Source: a virus
Direction: 5' to 3' (one strand)
DNA length: 64,000 nucleotides
Virus record (IMG/VR): IMGVR_UViG_3300032315_001572
Coordinates: 1 to 64,000 of that record
In this document: positions 49,001 through 57,818 of the stretch, in pieces
Numbering within the stretch: position 1 is the first letter of the stretch
Layout: each line of letters begins with the position of its first letter
Position numbers and translations under genes: made by a program
The notes under the pieces: model-generated
What the model was told of the DNA's origin: nothing
The model's input: the letters and a program-made list of their open reading frames with translations, nothing else
The model's database searches: none

Positions 49001-51718
49001 TCTTATTCTTGACATTGGAGTTCCAGCACCAGCCTCTCTTCTAATTGCATCATTTAATGCTGTGAAATTAGGAATAAATCCTCCAGAAGCTTTTTTACCT
49101 TTGGTTGTACTAAACGCTCCAAATTGTCTCATCCCAACTTCTTTATAAATTTTATTCGCAAAACTTTGTAAATTATCAGTAGATAGACTACCTTTAAAAT
49201 CTCCAAGAACAGTACTGAAACCAAATAATTTTTGTAAATTTCTTAAATTCTTACCACCTCTGACATCAAAATCTCCAAATCCTTTTTGTGAATCTAATGC
49301 TGTATAATTTAATGCTGTTTTTACTCCAATTTCAAAAGCAGAACCGACTGCTCCTCTTACTGCACCATATGCGCCTTTTTCTCCAGAACTAGAAAATGCA
49401 CTAGCTAGTGTTCCTTTATTTACAGTTCTGCCTAAAGGTTTTAAAGTATCAATAAAACCAGATGTATTATCTAAAATACTATTAGTTATATTTGTAAATA
49501 ATCTTCTTTTATCATCAGCTAAATCTCCTTCTAAAGCAGATTTTTTCATTCCATAAACTGGCACGTTTGTAATTGCAAATTCTGAAGATTTACCTTTTGG
49601 AGAAAATGGTCCAGCTAGTTTTCTTGAAGATCCAATAAATGGCAATAATACGCTAGCTATATTACTAACATCCAGTGGAGTTGGTTTATTTAATGCAGCC
49701 TTACTTTTTCTTTGAGCAGTCTTTACATCAGATCTAACATAACCTGCTTTTGCTGCATCTTCTGGAGTTATAGCTTTTGTTTTAATCGCATAAGGAATTT
49801 GAGAAGCAGAAAATCTTTTATTATTTATAATATAATCTGCAAAATTAGGTATAAATCCATTACTTGCATATGGATTAAACCCATATACTGAATTAAATTG
49901 ACTTTGATAATTTTTTCCAGCATCACTTTGCATTGGAGGCATAATCGCTGGCTGACTCATTCCAGGAAATTTTTTAACTTTTTCTGCCGAATTATAAGTT
50001 ACAGAACCTTCTCCAGGGATATTCATTTTACGAACATATCCAGGATTATATCCACCAGCTAGTGCTCCTAAAATTTCTGAACTAGCAAAATTAGGAATAA
50101 ATCCTCCGCTCTTTGCTTTTAATGTACCGCCTTTAGCAGAAACTCCTCTACCAATTAATCCACCAGTTAATGTAGATGACAATGCAGCAGCTCTTTCTCT
50201 TTCTGCTGTTTGTTGTCTAATTATATTTAATATTTTAGTTTCTACATCTAAAACACTTACTTCTTTATTGTAAACAGATTGAACAAGCGCGGTTTCTTGA
50301 GATAGTACTTGATTTATTTTAGCTTGAATTAGTGCTCTTTCTTCAGCTTTTACATTTAAATTTAAAATTGTTTGTAAAGATTGAGCTGCAAATTTTCCTA
50401 AATTAAAAACTAATTTAGTAATAACAGCAGTCAATAAAATAACTCCAGGACCGCTTATAAAACTTCCAATTCCTTCTAATATACCTTTTCCTATTTTATT
50501 TCCTATTCCTTGTCCATCGACATCAATGCTTTCTAATCCTTTATTTAATAGATTTAGTAAATTTTCTATTGTAGGTCCAAAAGATATTTTCCCAATATCA
50601 GATCCTACTTTAGTTAAGTTAACAAAAGTCTTATTAATTAATGAAGATAATGTTTGATTTAAAGCTTCATTTCTTGTTATAGCTTCATTAGTTGCATTAG
50701 ATGCAGTTTTTAATGCATTACCATATGTAGAATATTCTTTTCCTAGATCTGATAAGGCTGCTTTTAAAATATTAATTTGGAATACGCCACCAACAGTTTC
50801 TGCAACTTGAGCTCTTTGTGCGTCGCCCAATTTACTAAAAGTATTAGAAAGATTAGATAATATTTGAACCGCTGGTAATGTATCACCTTCTAGATTCCTT
50901 ACTTGAATACCTAATTGCTCTAATTGGTCAAGAGTATCTGTTCTTTGTATTCTTGTAAAAATAGTCTTTAAAGAGTTACCAATTACTGCTCCACCTCTAG
51001 CTGTAGTTTGTTGAACACTTGTAACGATTGCTAATAATTCATCAAAATCAACTCCTGCATCAACTGCAGATGATCCTACTCGTTTAATAGCTTCCGCAAG
51101 ATCAGCACTACTTACTGCGAATGCAGCATCAACATTTGCTAATTTATTAATAATAGTAGTTGAATCTAGTGCTGCGCTACTAAAGCTATTAATTGTAGCT
51201 GTTAAAGCTTCTACTGCGCTTACTGTGTCAAGTCCGCTAAGACGAGTTAAAATAAGAGCATCCCTTGTTCTTTTTAATGTTTCTTCTAAACCTAAACCTT
51301 GACGAGAAAGTTCTGTAGCAGCCTGAGCAACAACATCAAAAGTTTGACCTGTATTTTTAGCAATATCGAATAAACTATTGCCAAATTGATTTAATGTATT
51401 AGTGCTAACATTTAATATAACATTAATATCTGTTAAAGATTTTTGAACATCTATTGTGCTTTTAACTAAAGAAGTAAAAGCTTTTTCTACAGTATATATT
51501 AAACCTGCACTTGCACCGAATGCAATAACACGAGCATTTGACGCATCTAAGGATTTTTGAAATTCATTTGCGGCACCAGTAATACGTCCAAGTGGCTGAG
51601 TAAAGGCTTTTTCATTTAATCCTTTGAATTTAAAATCACGCGCCAAGGCGCTCTGAATATCTCTTTCGAGTTGCCTTGTATCCGCCCCTACTGAAATTGA
51701 AGCTGAAGTCCTAGCCAT
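46010..51718 (-). CDS. tail tape measure protein (1902 aa)
   Basis: N-terminal TMP core (A.ELSRQG, IGNSLKTIFTR); helical Ala/Gly-rich body; C-terminal FAxGG and DDVPAML..GE(Y/F)V motifs; lies downstream of tube and chaperone genes. Confidence 0.92.
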   Translation of the reverse strand: MARTSASISVGADTRQLERDIQSALARDFKFKGLNEKAFTQPLGRITGAANEFQKSLDASNARVIAFGASAGLIYTVEKAFTSLVKSTIDVQKSLTDINVILNVSTNTLNQFGNSLFDIAKNTGQTFDVVAQAATELSRQGLGLEETLKRTRDALILTRLSGLDTVSAVEALTATINSFSSAALDSTTIINKLANVDAAFAVSSADLAEAIKRVGSSAVDAGVDFDELLAIVTSVQQTTARGGAVIGNSLKTIFTRIQRTDTLDQLEQLGIQVRNLEGDTLPAVQILSNLSNTFSKLGDAQRAQVAETVGGVFQINILKAALSDLGKEYSTYGNALKTASNATNEAITRNEALNQTLSSLINKTFVNLTKVGSDIGKISFGPTIENLLNLLNKGLESIDVDGQGIGNKIGKGILEGIGSFISGPGVILLTAVITKLVFNLGKFAAQSLQTILNLNVKAEERALIQAKINQVLSQETALVQSVYNKEVSVLDVETKILNIIRQQTAERERAAALSSTLTGGLIGRGVSAKGGTLKAKSGGFIPNFASSEILGALAGGYNPGYVRKMNIPGEGSVTYNSAEKVKKFPGMSQPAIMPPMQSDAGKNYQSQFNSVYGFNPYASNGFIPNFADYIINNKRFSASQIPYAIKTKAITPEDAAKAGYVRSDVKTAQRKSKAALNKPTPLDVSNIASVLLPFIGSSRKLAGPFSPKGKSSEFAITNVPVYGMKKSALEGDLADDKRRLFTNITNSILDNTSGFIDTLKPLGRTVNKGTLASAFSSSGEKGAYGAVRGAVGSAFEIGVKTALNYTALDSQKGFGDFDVRGGKNLRNLQKLFGFSTVLGDFKGSLSTDNLQSFANKIYKEVGMRQFGAFSTTKGKKASGGFIPNFTALNDAIRREAGAGTPMSRIRVGKDSRLTSGANPLGLGVYNTKDEPMGLGQGVARYGSNKAKTAGASKGFVPNFFLQAAGGLAASAGTAFIIRQVLSAALFIAIDRLGSKIQESITDQKTSAGVGAAIQGASFAGTTLLAGGGKKAAGGALLTGILLSLVNSLNSLDQTTKDAISVSESNKDKLETFSSAVQSYNQVLEKLTDQTLSTEEKQKILSDSNENLATILTNTPSTLQKSLRDAVSSGNFENITQTLGQIQIALQTSAINADNLASIMQITSDKSLKGNELQKFTDAILNFRTTRGTSVRGEVLSNPKLRDEFTQELGSVIANLQARNAKYGQGTPVIGAGLSVGGMSEDQIFAPTVTGAQGSIIPPEEQNLIKETVAILEPITRLLFKAGVDKETVSKTLTELEKLSFDDLDQGSTELSKKLKELGIDTKSLSNAIKSIARYQKEDFLRRAGLAGDVSSSSEALKKFQDNLSPESLQKYSSTVLDLNLDLNANRIATAKVLDLQEGLRKQILNETERRKVEAKYITQVNEALVQSDGDLDKFSMGLEGAQERLTSRSQRDRGLVFADQYRADQQAAREKQILGGRKSIGDIGSAFFDQFDNRAEDSFRDAQLGAADTARTIKSEFNNAFLSFANGTATASDAFTRMALNISDRIQQLALEFSTNLIFGKLFGSTSNIFGGGGGGLFGSLFGKSKGGLIKGYSTGGNVVGGSGNKDDVPAMLSRGEYVIRKSAVDKYGSGLLHMINGGRINGLAYGGESEFLGTNIYRYNDPLYPTAGENIIDPRLGLQAIIDQNNPQNRIRQEREMALYDYLNYVAGVNESNRQALQDNIRMNQEIQDQYNQQKNAKSRGAYYQALLGVGAAGLGFLAKGGEVRKFASGGSSKDDIPAMLMGGEFVMRKEAVNMYGKKFFDDLNSGRAKKFADGGAVGNVSETNSNNYSPTNNVSVVVNLNQQGATSENTETSQADKQQKDAEETKELAEKVKTQVMRVITEQQRPGGLLSSAVYRQVKR

Positions 51719-51723
51719 GCCTT

Positions 51724-51748
51724 ATTCCTTTACTATAAGGAATTACAC
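51724..51748 (-). promoter_or_regulatory. GTGTAA motif plus overlapping hairpin covering the TMP leader purine tract
   Basis: GTGTAA at 51743-51748; stem ATTCCTT/AAGGAAT (51724-51743) with 6-nt loop. Confidence 0.55.
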
Positions 51749-51779
51749 GAAATATTATTAATTATGATAGTATTCGCTA

Positions 51780-52790
51780 TTAAGCTCCATGCATTTTTAT
51801 TAAATCTTCCATGCTCAAAGTTCCACCCTTTTTCTGAGCTTCTTTATGTAAACTTATGCCATTTTCATCTTTACCTATTTTCGCTAGATCTTCTTTATTA
51901 GCGCCAACTATAGAGGTAGCAATTGCACCCTCTGTTTTCTTTTGATTATTTTCATTTTTATTTAAGACTTCCTCTGCATTTTTACTGCTTTCTAACCATT
52001 CTATGAGCTTATCTGGATCTTCGTAGTATTCATCTGATGGTCTATGCTTTGCTTCAGATAATGCATTTTTAAAATATCTAGCGTAACCAAATATTTCCAT
52101 TTGATAGAAAGTTAAATAAACTATAGGTTTTCCATACATATAATACGGACTATCATCTGATAGATTAAACAAACCAAGATAATATGGCGATAATGCTATT
52201 TTTTTAAGATTATTTTCAGCAAAATTTTTATTAATATTATTATATATTTCTAAAATTTCAGATAAATCTCTATTTTCTAATTCATCAAATTCCTCTTCAG
52301 AGAAGTATTTATATTTTAAATCCTTGTCTTTAAATAAACAATTAAACATGTAATATTCATTTATTTTCTTATTAGCATAATCTTCGACAGTAAAACCTAA
52401 TAATTCTTTTCTTTCTGATGTTAATGTAAATAATTTTATATTTTCTTCATTAATTTGCTTATTCATCTGAGCAATGTCATCGTTTTTAAATAACTTAGAC
52501 TTGGTTTGTTTTAAGCCAGAAATATAAGATTTTATCTTCTTTATCTCTTCGTTTTTTTTAATTGACCAGAGATTTTCTTTTATAATATATTCTTCTTTTT
52601 GCTGTTCTGTTGGAAGCCCATTTTTCTTGGCTTTTTCTATAAATTCTTGCTTAATATGATCAATATCACCAGAATCAATACTAGTGTTATGTTTAAAATA
52701 TAACTTATTATTTTTATAATAAGCTATTGTATACCCTTTTAATATATCAACAAAAAGAATCCTAAGCTTATTTTTGTCTATTGTGTCCAA
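51780..52790 (-). CDS. putative tail assembly chaperone (second)
   Basis: Charged helical protein just upstream of TMP; TTG start with AAGGA upstream. Confidence 0.55.
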   Translation of the reverse strand: MDTIDKNKLRILFVDILKGYTIAYYKNNKLYFKHNTSIDSGDIDHIKQEFIEKAKKNGLPTEQQKEEYIIKENLWSIKKNEEIKKIKSYISGLKQTKSKLFKNDDIAQMNKQINEENIKLFTLTSERKELLGFTVEDYANKKINEYYMFNCLFKDKDLKYKYFSEEEFDELENRDLSEILEIYNNINKNFAENNLKKIALSPYYLGLFNLSDDSPYYMYGKPIVYLTFYQMEIFGYARYFKNALSEAKHRPSDEYYEDPDKLIEWLESSKNAEEVLNKNENNQKKTEGAIATSIVGANKEDLAKIGKDENGISLHKEAQKKGGTLSMEDLIKMHGA

Positions 52791-52793
52791 TCA

Positions 52794-53552
52794 TTATTCC
52801 TTAGTTTTTTCTTCTTTTTGAACCATTCCAAGAAGTTTTTCGAATTCATCTTGAGAAGCTGCTCTACCAATATACCAAAAACTAATTAAATAAAGAAGTT
52901 TTTGTATAGCAATTTTTTCTATTCCAGACTCAGATTCTTCAATTTCATCGTATCTTTTAAGTTTATCTTCGTAAGTTCCATCTTGAAACAGTTCTTTGAA
53001 TTTTTTATCATCACCTTGGATAAGGCTCAATTGAAGAACCCACCACATGATAGTTTTATTTCTTGCTCTATTTTCTGCGGTTTGCTCAAAAAGATTAGCT
53101 TGAGCCATCTCATATTTTTGCAATCTTTCTCTAGCATCATTCATTTTTGCAATAACAGTTTTAAGATTTTCTTTCTCTTCGTCACTGCGAATAGACTCTT
53201 CTTTTATAGATAATTTTTGAAATTCACTTTGAAGATTAAAAAAATCAATATAAAGTTCATTATATTCTTTTTGCTCTTCATCACTTAGAACTCCACCATC
53301 ATTATTAAATCTTTTAGCAAGTAGTGCGCGAGTTAATAGTCCAGCCTTAATACCCTCTGAAAGTCTAACTCCATAAAACAATTCAGCCTCATCAAATAAA
53401 CTTCTTGTTGGTTTTTTAATACCTAATTTAACTGGCACAGTAGTTTTAATTTTAGAAGTTACCTTTACTTCTTCGCCTTTTTCATTAATAGAAACATCTA
53501 CTTTTTCTATTTCTTTTTCTTGATAAATATCAAATTCGAACATTGTTTTCAT
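52794..53552 (-). CDS. putative tail assembly chaperone (first)
   Basis: Between tube and TMP genes; IKKPTR...G(L)LT...coiled-coil layout shared loosely with 51780-52790. Confidence 0.55.
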   Translation of the reverse strand: MKTMFEFDIYQEKEIEKVDVSINEKGEEVKVTSKIKTTVPVKLGIKKPTRSLFDEAELFYGVRLSEGIKAGLLTRALLAKRFNNDGGVLSDEEQKEYNELYIDFFNLQSEFQKLSIKEESIRSDEEKENLKTVIAKMNDARERLQKYEMAQANLFEQTAENRARNKTIMWWVLQLSLIQGDDKKFKELFQDGTYEDKLKRYDEIEESESGIEKIAIQKLLYLISFWYIGRAASQDEFEKLLGMVQKEEKTKE

Positions 53553-53824
53553 ATTTTTTCTCCATTATTATTAATTAAATCTTGTAAATAGCTTTTAATT
53601 TTACCGTAGTAAACTACTCCACCAATTGTTTTAATAAACTGATGTTTCTTATTGTCATCCCAGTTTTGATAATTTTTAATAAAATTGGGATTTTTAAATG
53701 TTGTTAAGCTTGGCTTTAAGATTCCAAAATTATCTTTTAAGCTTTTTTGTATGCTCTGTACAGAAAGATTTCCTTCGATTATCTCATCTATAGGAAAATT
53801 ATAATTTAATTTCTTGGTTTTCAT
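53549..53824 (-). CDS. hypothetical protein
   Basis: 91 aa, ATGA-coupled on both sides. Confidence 0.65.
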   Translation of the reverse strand: MKTKKLNYNFPIDEIIEGNLSVQSIQKSLKDNFGILKPSLTTFKNPNFIKNYQNWDDNKKHQFIKTIGGVVYYGKIKSYLQDLINNNGEKI

Positions 53825-54045
53825 TTGAGCGTTATGTTGATTTTACTAAAATTTTCTTCTATCTCTCTTACTGCATCATTGGCATTATCAAGGATTCTTT
53901 TGCGTATTTTTTGATAAGTTTCATCATTTATATTATAACCAGAATCACCCAAATCTTCAAGAATAAAAAAGAAATTCTTATATATACTTGTAATTTTTCT
54001 CTTTATCTGAAAAAGAGTCATGTCTTTTATAGGATCGTTTTCCAT
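53821..54045 (-). CDS. hypothetical protein
   Basis: 74 aa, first gene after GTGTAA motif at 54084-54089. Confidence 0.65.
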   Translation of the reverse strand: MENDPIKDMTLFQIKRKITSIYKNFFFILEDLGDSGYNINDETYQKIRKRILDNANDAVREIEENFSKINITLK

Positions 54046-54083
54046 AATCTTTTACCTTTATCTAACCCTTACCTTAACTTGAA

Positions 54084-54089
54084 TTACAC
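54084..54089 (-). promoter_or_regulatory. putative late promoter motif GTGTAA
   Basis: Immediately after the terminator; leader contains repeated AAGG. Confidence 0.6.
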
Positions 54090-54091
54090 AA

Positions 54092-54125
54092 AAAATAACC
54101 CCCACGAGAACGTGAGGGTTATTTT
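54092..54125 (-). terminator. intrinsic terminator after major tail protein gene (could act on both strands)
   Basis: AAAATAACCC-C-CACG-AGAA-CGTG-A-GGGTTATTTT hairpin with A/T tracts on both sides. Confidence 0.85.
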
Positions 54126-54149
54126 ATAACTTAATTTATGTATTATTTA

Positions 54150-55298
54150 TTAGAATTGTCCGTTGATAAATAATCCATTAGTTGTGTCTTGTGGACCACC
54201 AACTTGAGCGCTGAATGTAAGGGTAACAGATTTATTACTACCGATATCAGAGCTATACTCTTGACTATCTAATTTTGCACCCTTAAGGGTATATTTTGCC
54301 ATAGTTAGAGTGGAATCCGATGGACTCTTAATTGTAATTGCTGGATTGTATTTGGCTGAATCATCAACTACAAGGTTAGCTAAATTTCCTGCATTCATTG
54401 TTGTGACTTGCGCATCAACACTTAATGTTACTGTTAATGGGAAGTCGATTTCTCTTGTGAATGCGAATTTATTTCCTAGTCTTTGAATTGGTGTACGACC
54501 TAGATCAAAGCTCAATGTATAGCTTTGAATATTCATCGTATTTACATCAACTCCACTAGCTAATGTATTAAACAATGATAGAGTAATATCTCCTGGGCGA
54601 AGAGCACTAATTGCGTTTCCACTTCCAATTCCAACGTTTTCAACAGCTTGAGCTAATTGATAATAGTTTGTTAAAGCTGATCCGTCTGTAGGATTAACTG
54701 CAGGAACAAAATTTCCACTAATTCCATTTTGGAAATTCATATTCAAACCTTCAACATTGATAGTTGTTGTTGGGAAATTACCAACAGAACCTTCTGTTGA
54801 GTAGGACGTTAAAAATGCGTTACCGATTCCAATAACTCCGTTATTTGCAGTAGATCCATCTGCGAATCCTACTGCGTCTGTACCTTCTGGAGTTGTACGA
54901 ATAAAATAATTTCTTTCGTCTGTAGTTTTATTTAAGAATCCAGAAATAGCAGAAATAGCAGAATCATTACTTCCAGAAACTACCGTGAATCCTAGAATAT
55001 TTTCATTAGAAAGATTTGCGTTAATATAACTAAAATCTAATGAAACAGTTGGATTTGTTAAAATTACACGATCAATAGCTGCTAATTGTCCGAATTGATT
55101 AACATCTGTGCGATCTACTGTAAAGCTATAATTAGCTGTTTGAATTCTTTGTAACTGTTTGACTAGATTACGATTTTGATCTGGTACATTAGTGTTTCCA
55201 CCGATTCCAGGTGTGAGTGTTCCATAGTGGTAACCTGTTGCTGGAGATGGTCCAGCATAAACAGCTTCTGATTGATAAATTATACGATTTCTTGCCAT
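54150..55298 (-). CDS. major tail (tube) protein
   Basis: Beta-rich 382 aa; has its own promoter motif, GGAGA SD and terminator; sits between tail terminator and chaperone/TMP genes. Confidence 0.75.
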   Translation of the reverse strand: MARNRIIYQSEAVYAGPSPATGYHYGTLTPGIGGNTNVPDQNRNLVKQLQRIQTANYSFTVDRTDVNQFGQLAAIDRVILTNPTVSLDFSYINANLSNENILGFTVVSGSNDSAISAISGFLNKTTDERNYFIRTTPEGTDAVGFADGSTANNGVIGIGNAFLTSYSTEGSVGNFPTTTINVEGLNMNFQNGISGNFVPAVNPTDGSALTNYYQLAQAVENVGIGSGNAISALRPGDITLSLFNTLASGVDVNTMNIQSYTLSFDLGRTPIQRLGNKFAFTREIDFPLTVTLSVDAQVTTMNAGNLANLVVDDSAKYNPAITIKSPSDSTLTMAKYTLKGAKLDSQEYSSDIGSNKSVTLTFSAQVGGPQDTTNGLFINGQF

Positions 55299-55323
55299 AT
55301 TAGTTATTCTCCATTTATTGTTA

Positions 55324-55329
55324 TTACAC
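55324..55329 (-). promoter_or_regulatory. putative late promoter motif GTGTAA
   Basis: 25 nt upstream of tail tube ATG. Confidence 0.65.
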
Positions 55330-55354
55330 TGATTTTTTTATTTTTTCTACTTTT

Positions 55355-56224
55355 TTATTGTCTTGGATATCTATTTTTTGATACCTCAAAATCAACAAAA
55401 GCAGAATATACATTTCTATTTAAGCTATTAGTAGCATTAACTATCCTTGTATCAGTTTTACTAACATTGACTTCATTAATATACAGATAATCATCAGTAT
55501 TAGCTTTATTTGCTGTATAATTAATATAATTAAAAATATTATTTGGGGTATTAACTGAGCCTAATGAATTAAATGGCATTTCATTTGCATATATCAAGGG
55601 TATTATCTCGCGAGCAGTATCTCTCATTATACTTGTTACAGCATCTAGGCTAAATACGCTATCAGATAATATGATTGCTCTAACGTTACTAATTGTTTGA
55701 TCAAATCCACCAAAAGCTAGAGGTTTATTTTTACCACCTTGATATTTTAAATATATAACAGGATAGGTCTCTGAGCCAACTGGTAATCCAGTAGGATTTT
55801 GATATGTTTTAGGATTAATTTGATATTGTGTTTCAAATAATAAATTTTCTTCAGTTTTACTAGTCAAATACATATTAAAATCTTTAACAGCATAATTACC
55901 ACTTAAAGCTGTAGTAGGATTACTTATGGGTTGACTAAAATATAATTGACCCTCAGAAGCATTAATTCCACTTAAATTATTTTGTCCAGGAACCGTAAAA
56001 ACTCCATTAACATAAACTCCACTTATGATATTTGCTCCACTTATAGAAGAGTCTATAACCATTTGCTTTAATGGGGCACCATATGTATAATATCCATAGA
56101 ACATATTAGTAAGAGGATAAAATACGCTTTGAAAATTTGTATAAGCTTGTCCATTAGTTGACACTTTATTATCTAACCAAAGTAACATACTAGTCATTAA
56201 AATATTATCAAATTGTGGTGTCAT
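55355..56224 (-). CDS. putative tail completion/terminator protein
   Basis: Position upstream of the tube gene; YPVIYL...P.AFGG pattern. Confidence 0.55.
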   Translation of the reverse strand: MTPQFDNILMTSMLLWLDNKVSTNGQAYTNFQSVFYPLTNMFYGYYTYGAPLKQMVIDSSISGANIISGVYVNGVFTVPGQNNLSGINASEGQLYFSQPISNPTTALSGNYAVKDFNMYLTSKTEENLLFETQYQINPKTYQNPTGLPVGSETYPVIYLKYQGGKNKPLAFGGFDQTISNVRAIILSDSVFSLDAVTSIMRDTAREIIPLIYANEMPFNSLGSVNTPNNIFNYINYTANKANTDDYLYINEVNVSKTDTRIVNATNSLNRNVYSAFVDFEVSKNRYPRQ

Positions 56225-56225
56225 T

Positions 56226-56816
56226 TTATTTTAAATTCTTTATAAATTTCGTATAAAGCTCTGTCATATATTTTACTGGTCTATATGCAGCAACTCTAAC
56301 TTTATTTTTAGATTGAATTCCTCTTCCAGATCTACTAGCTGGAAATACCAAGCCATAAACATAATATCCAAATCCAGAAATGCCATCTTCAACACCCTTT
56401 ACCCAGCTTCTTCCTCGTTCAAATGGAAGAGGTGTTTGAGATTTTATTTCATCTAAAGAAGGAGTAAATACATTAAATTTTAATTGAAAAGTTTTTTTAT
56501 CAAAAATTGATTTTTTATCTAAAAATGTATTTTGTTTGATTAATGCAGTAAGATCATCAACAGGTTTGTCTTGACTATCAAATCCAATAAATGCAAAAAG
56601 ATTTTCTTTTCCATTTAAAGTATTACTAATATTTTCTCCATCTGGACCACTATCTAATTCTTTGGATACAGGATGATCTTGTATTTCATTTATATATTGA
56701 TCTAGATTTTCTTTTAAAATTTCTTGAGCAAAAATAACTGCTTCTTTTTTTAAAGCTGCTTCATATGAACTTGCAATTTCTTGTTTAACTTGGTTGAAAT
56801 TAATTTTAGCAGCCAT
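56226..56816 (-). CDS. putative neck/tail completion protein
   Basis: Position in head-tail joining block; start moved to MAAKINF ATG 56816. Confidence 0.5.
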   Translation of the reverse strand: MAAKINFNQVKQEIASSYEAALKKEAVIFAQEILKENLDQYINEIQDHPVSKELDSGPDGENISNTLNGKENLFAFIGFDSQDKPVDDLTALIKQNTFLDKKSIFDKKTFQLKFNVFTPSLDEIKSQTPLPFERGRSWVKGVEDGISGFGYYVYGLVFPASRSGRGIQSKNKVRVAAYRPVKYMTELYTKFIKNLK

Positions 56817-56817
56817 A

Positions 56818-57258
56818 TTATTTTGTTTGCTCCAATCCATATACATAATATGTATTATTTAAATATTTTTTAACAATATCTTCTGTAATAACATTCCAAG
56901 TTTTTCCATCAAATTCAAGTTTTATAGTTCTTCCATTCGCGATAAAATCTCTTGCATCCTGTTTAACTTTTAAAGTAACATCTCCTTTTACGAAAACTAA
57001 TTTTAAGTCATTATTAACAACATCTGTATCGTTAGAATTATTATAATAAATTCTTCCATTAAAAATTCCAGTTACAGGAATATAAGTAAAATTCACTGCA
57101 TCTGAAGATTGACCATAACCATATAATGGAGCACTTTGAACTTGCTCTACAATTCTTACTGGGTCTTTGTGAACAATAAAAGATCTGGAAAAATAAGTAA
57201 AAAAATTATCATAATCTTGCGAAAATTCTGCCGCAGCTGTTGAGTTTATAAAGCTCAT
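56818..57258 (-). CDS. putative head-closure (stopper) protein
   Basis: 146 aa beta-rich with FDGKTWNV; position after adaptor. Confidence 0.55.
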   Translation of the reverse strand: MSFINSTAAAEFSQDYDNFFTYFSRSFIVHKDPVRIVEQVQSAPLYGYGQSSDAVNFTYIPVTGIFNGRIYYNNSNDTDVVNNDLKLVFVKGDVTLKVKQDARDFIANGRTIKLEFDGKTWNVITEDIVKKYLNNTYYVYGLEQTK

Positions 57259-57262
57259 AGTG

Positions 57263-57775
57263 TTATGCTGAGTACCAAATTGTTCTTATATTGCGAAAGG
57301 CATTCCTTCCAACTGGATCATAAACTCCTGGAATAGTATCATCCCCAGCGACTTGCAAAGGAGTAACTTCATTAAGTTCATATTTATTAACGAAATCTTG
57401 TAGTTCGTCATATTCTTGTTTTCTAACTGATATGTAACTTTTTAAGATTTCATTTTTATTAGCTTTTTGAACGCTACCAATATCATCTTTAATTGTAATA
57501 AAGTCTGTTGAGGCTAGACTTCCTGTGCTTTTGATTCTAAGATCGAAAAAATATACAGAATACATTTTTTTAAATATATATTTTTCAGCGTCACCAAGAT
57601 TGGGGTTAATCTCCAAGGTAGTACTATCAACTTCGAATGGTCTATTTATTAGATTACCAAGTCCACCAATATTTCTTCTTACCCAAGCAGCTATAGCCGC
57701 AATACTAAGATCACTAGGTTCGCCCAATTCTTCGTATATTTCTTGAGCAATAGATGTTACTGTATTTATAATCAT
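57263..57775 (-). CDS. putative head-tail adaptor protein
   Basis: 170 aa helical; first gene of the block, GTGTAA 8 nt upstream (57784-57789). Confidence 0.55.
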   Translation of the reverse strand: MIINTVTSIAQEIYEELGEPSDLSIAAIAAWVRRNIGGLGNLINRPFEVDSTTLEINPNLGDAEKYIFKKMYSVYFFDLRIKSTGSLASTDFITIKDDIGSVQKANKNEILKSYISVRKQEYDELQDFVNKYELNEVTPLQVAGDDTIPGVYDPVGRNAFRNIRTIWYSA

Positions 57776-57783
57776 ACATTAAA

Positions 57784-57789
57784 TTACAC
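57784..57789 (-). promoter_or_regulatory. putative late promoter motif GTGTAA
   Basis: 8 nt upstream of ATG 57775. Confidence 0.65.
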
Positions 57790-57818
57790 TATATGTTATA
57801 TTTTATTTATAAATAATA

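Noticed and set aside
52770-52830. Programmed -1 frameshift joining the two tail chaperones (lambda G/GT type)
   Set aside because: The two ORFs are in the same frame, separated by TAA-TGA; there is no in-frame XXXYYYZ site at the end of the first ORF, and a -1 shift at the A-run meets TAA at once. The second ORF has its own AAGGA plus TTG start.
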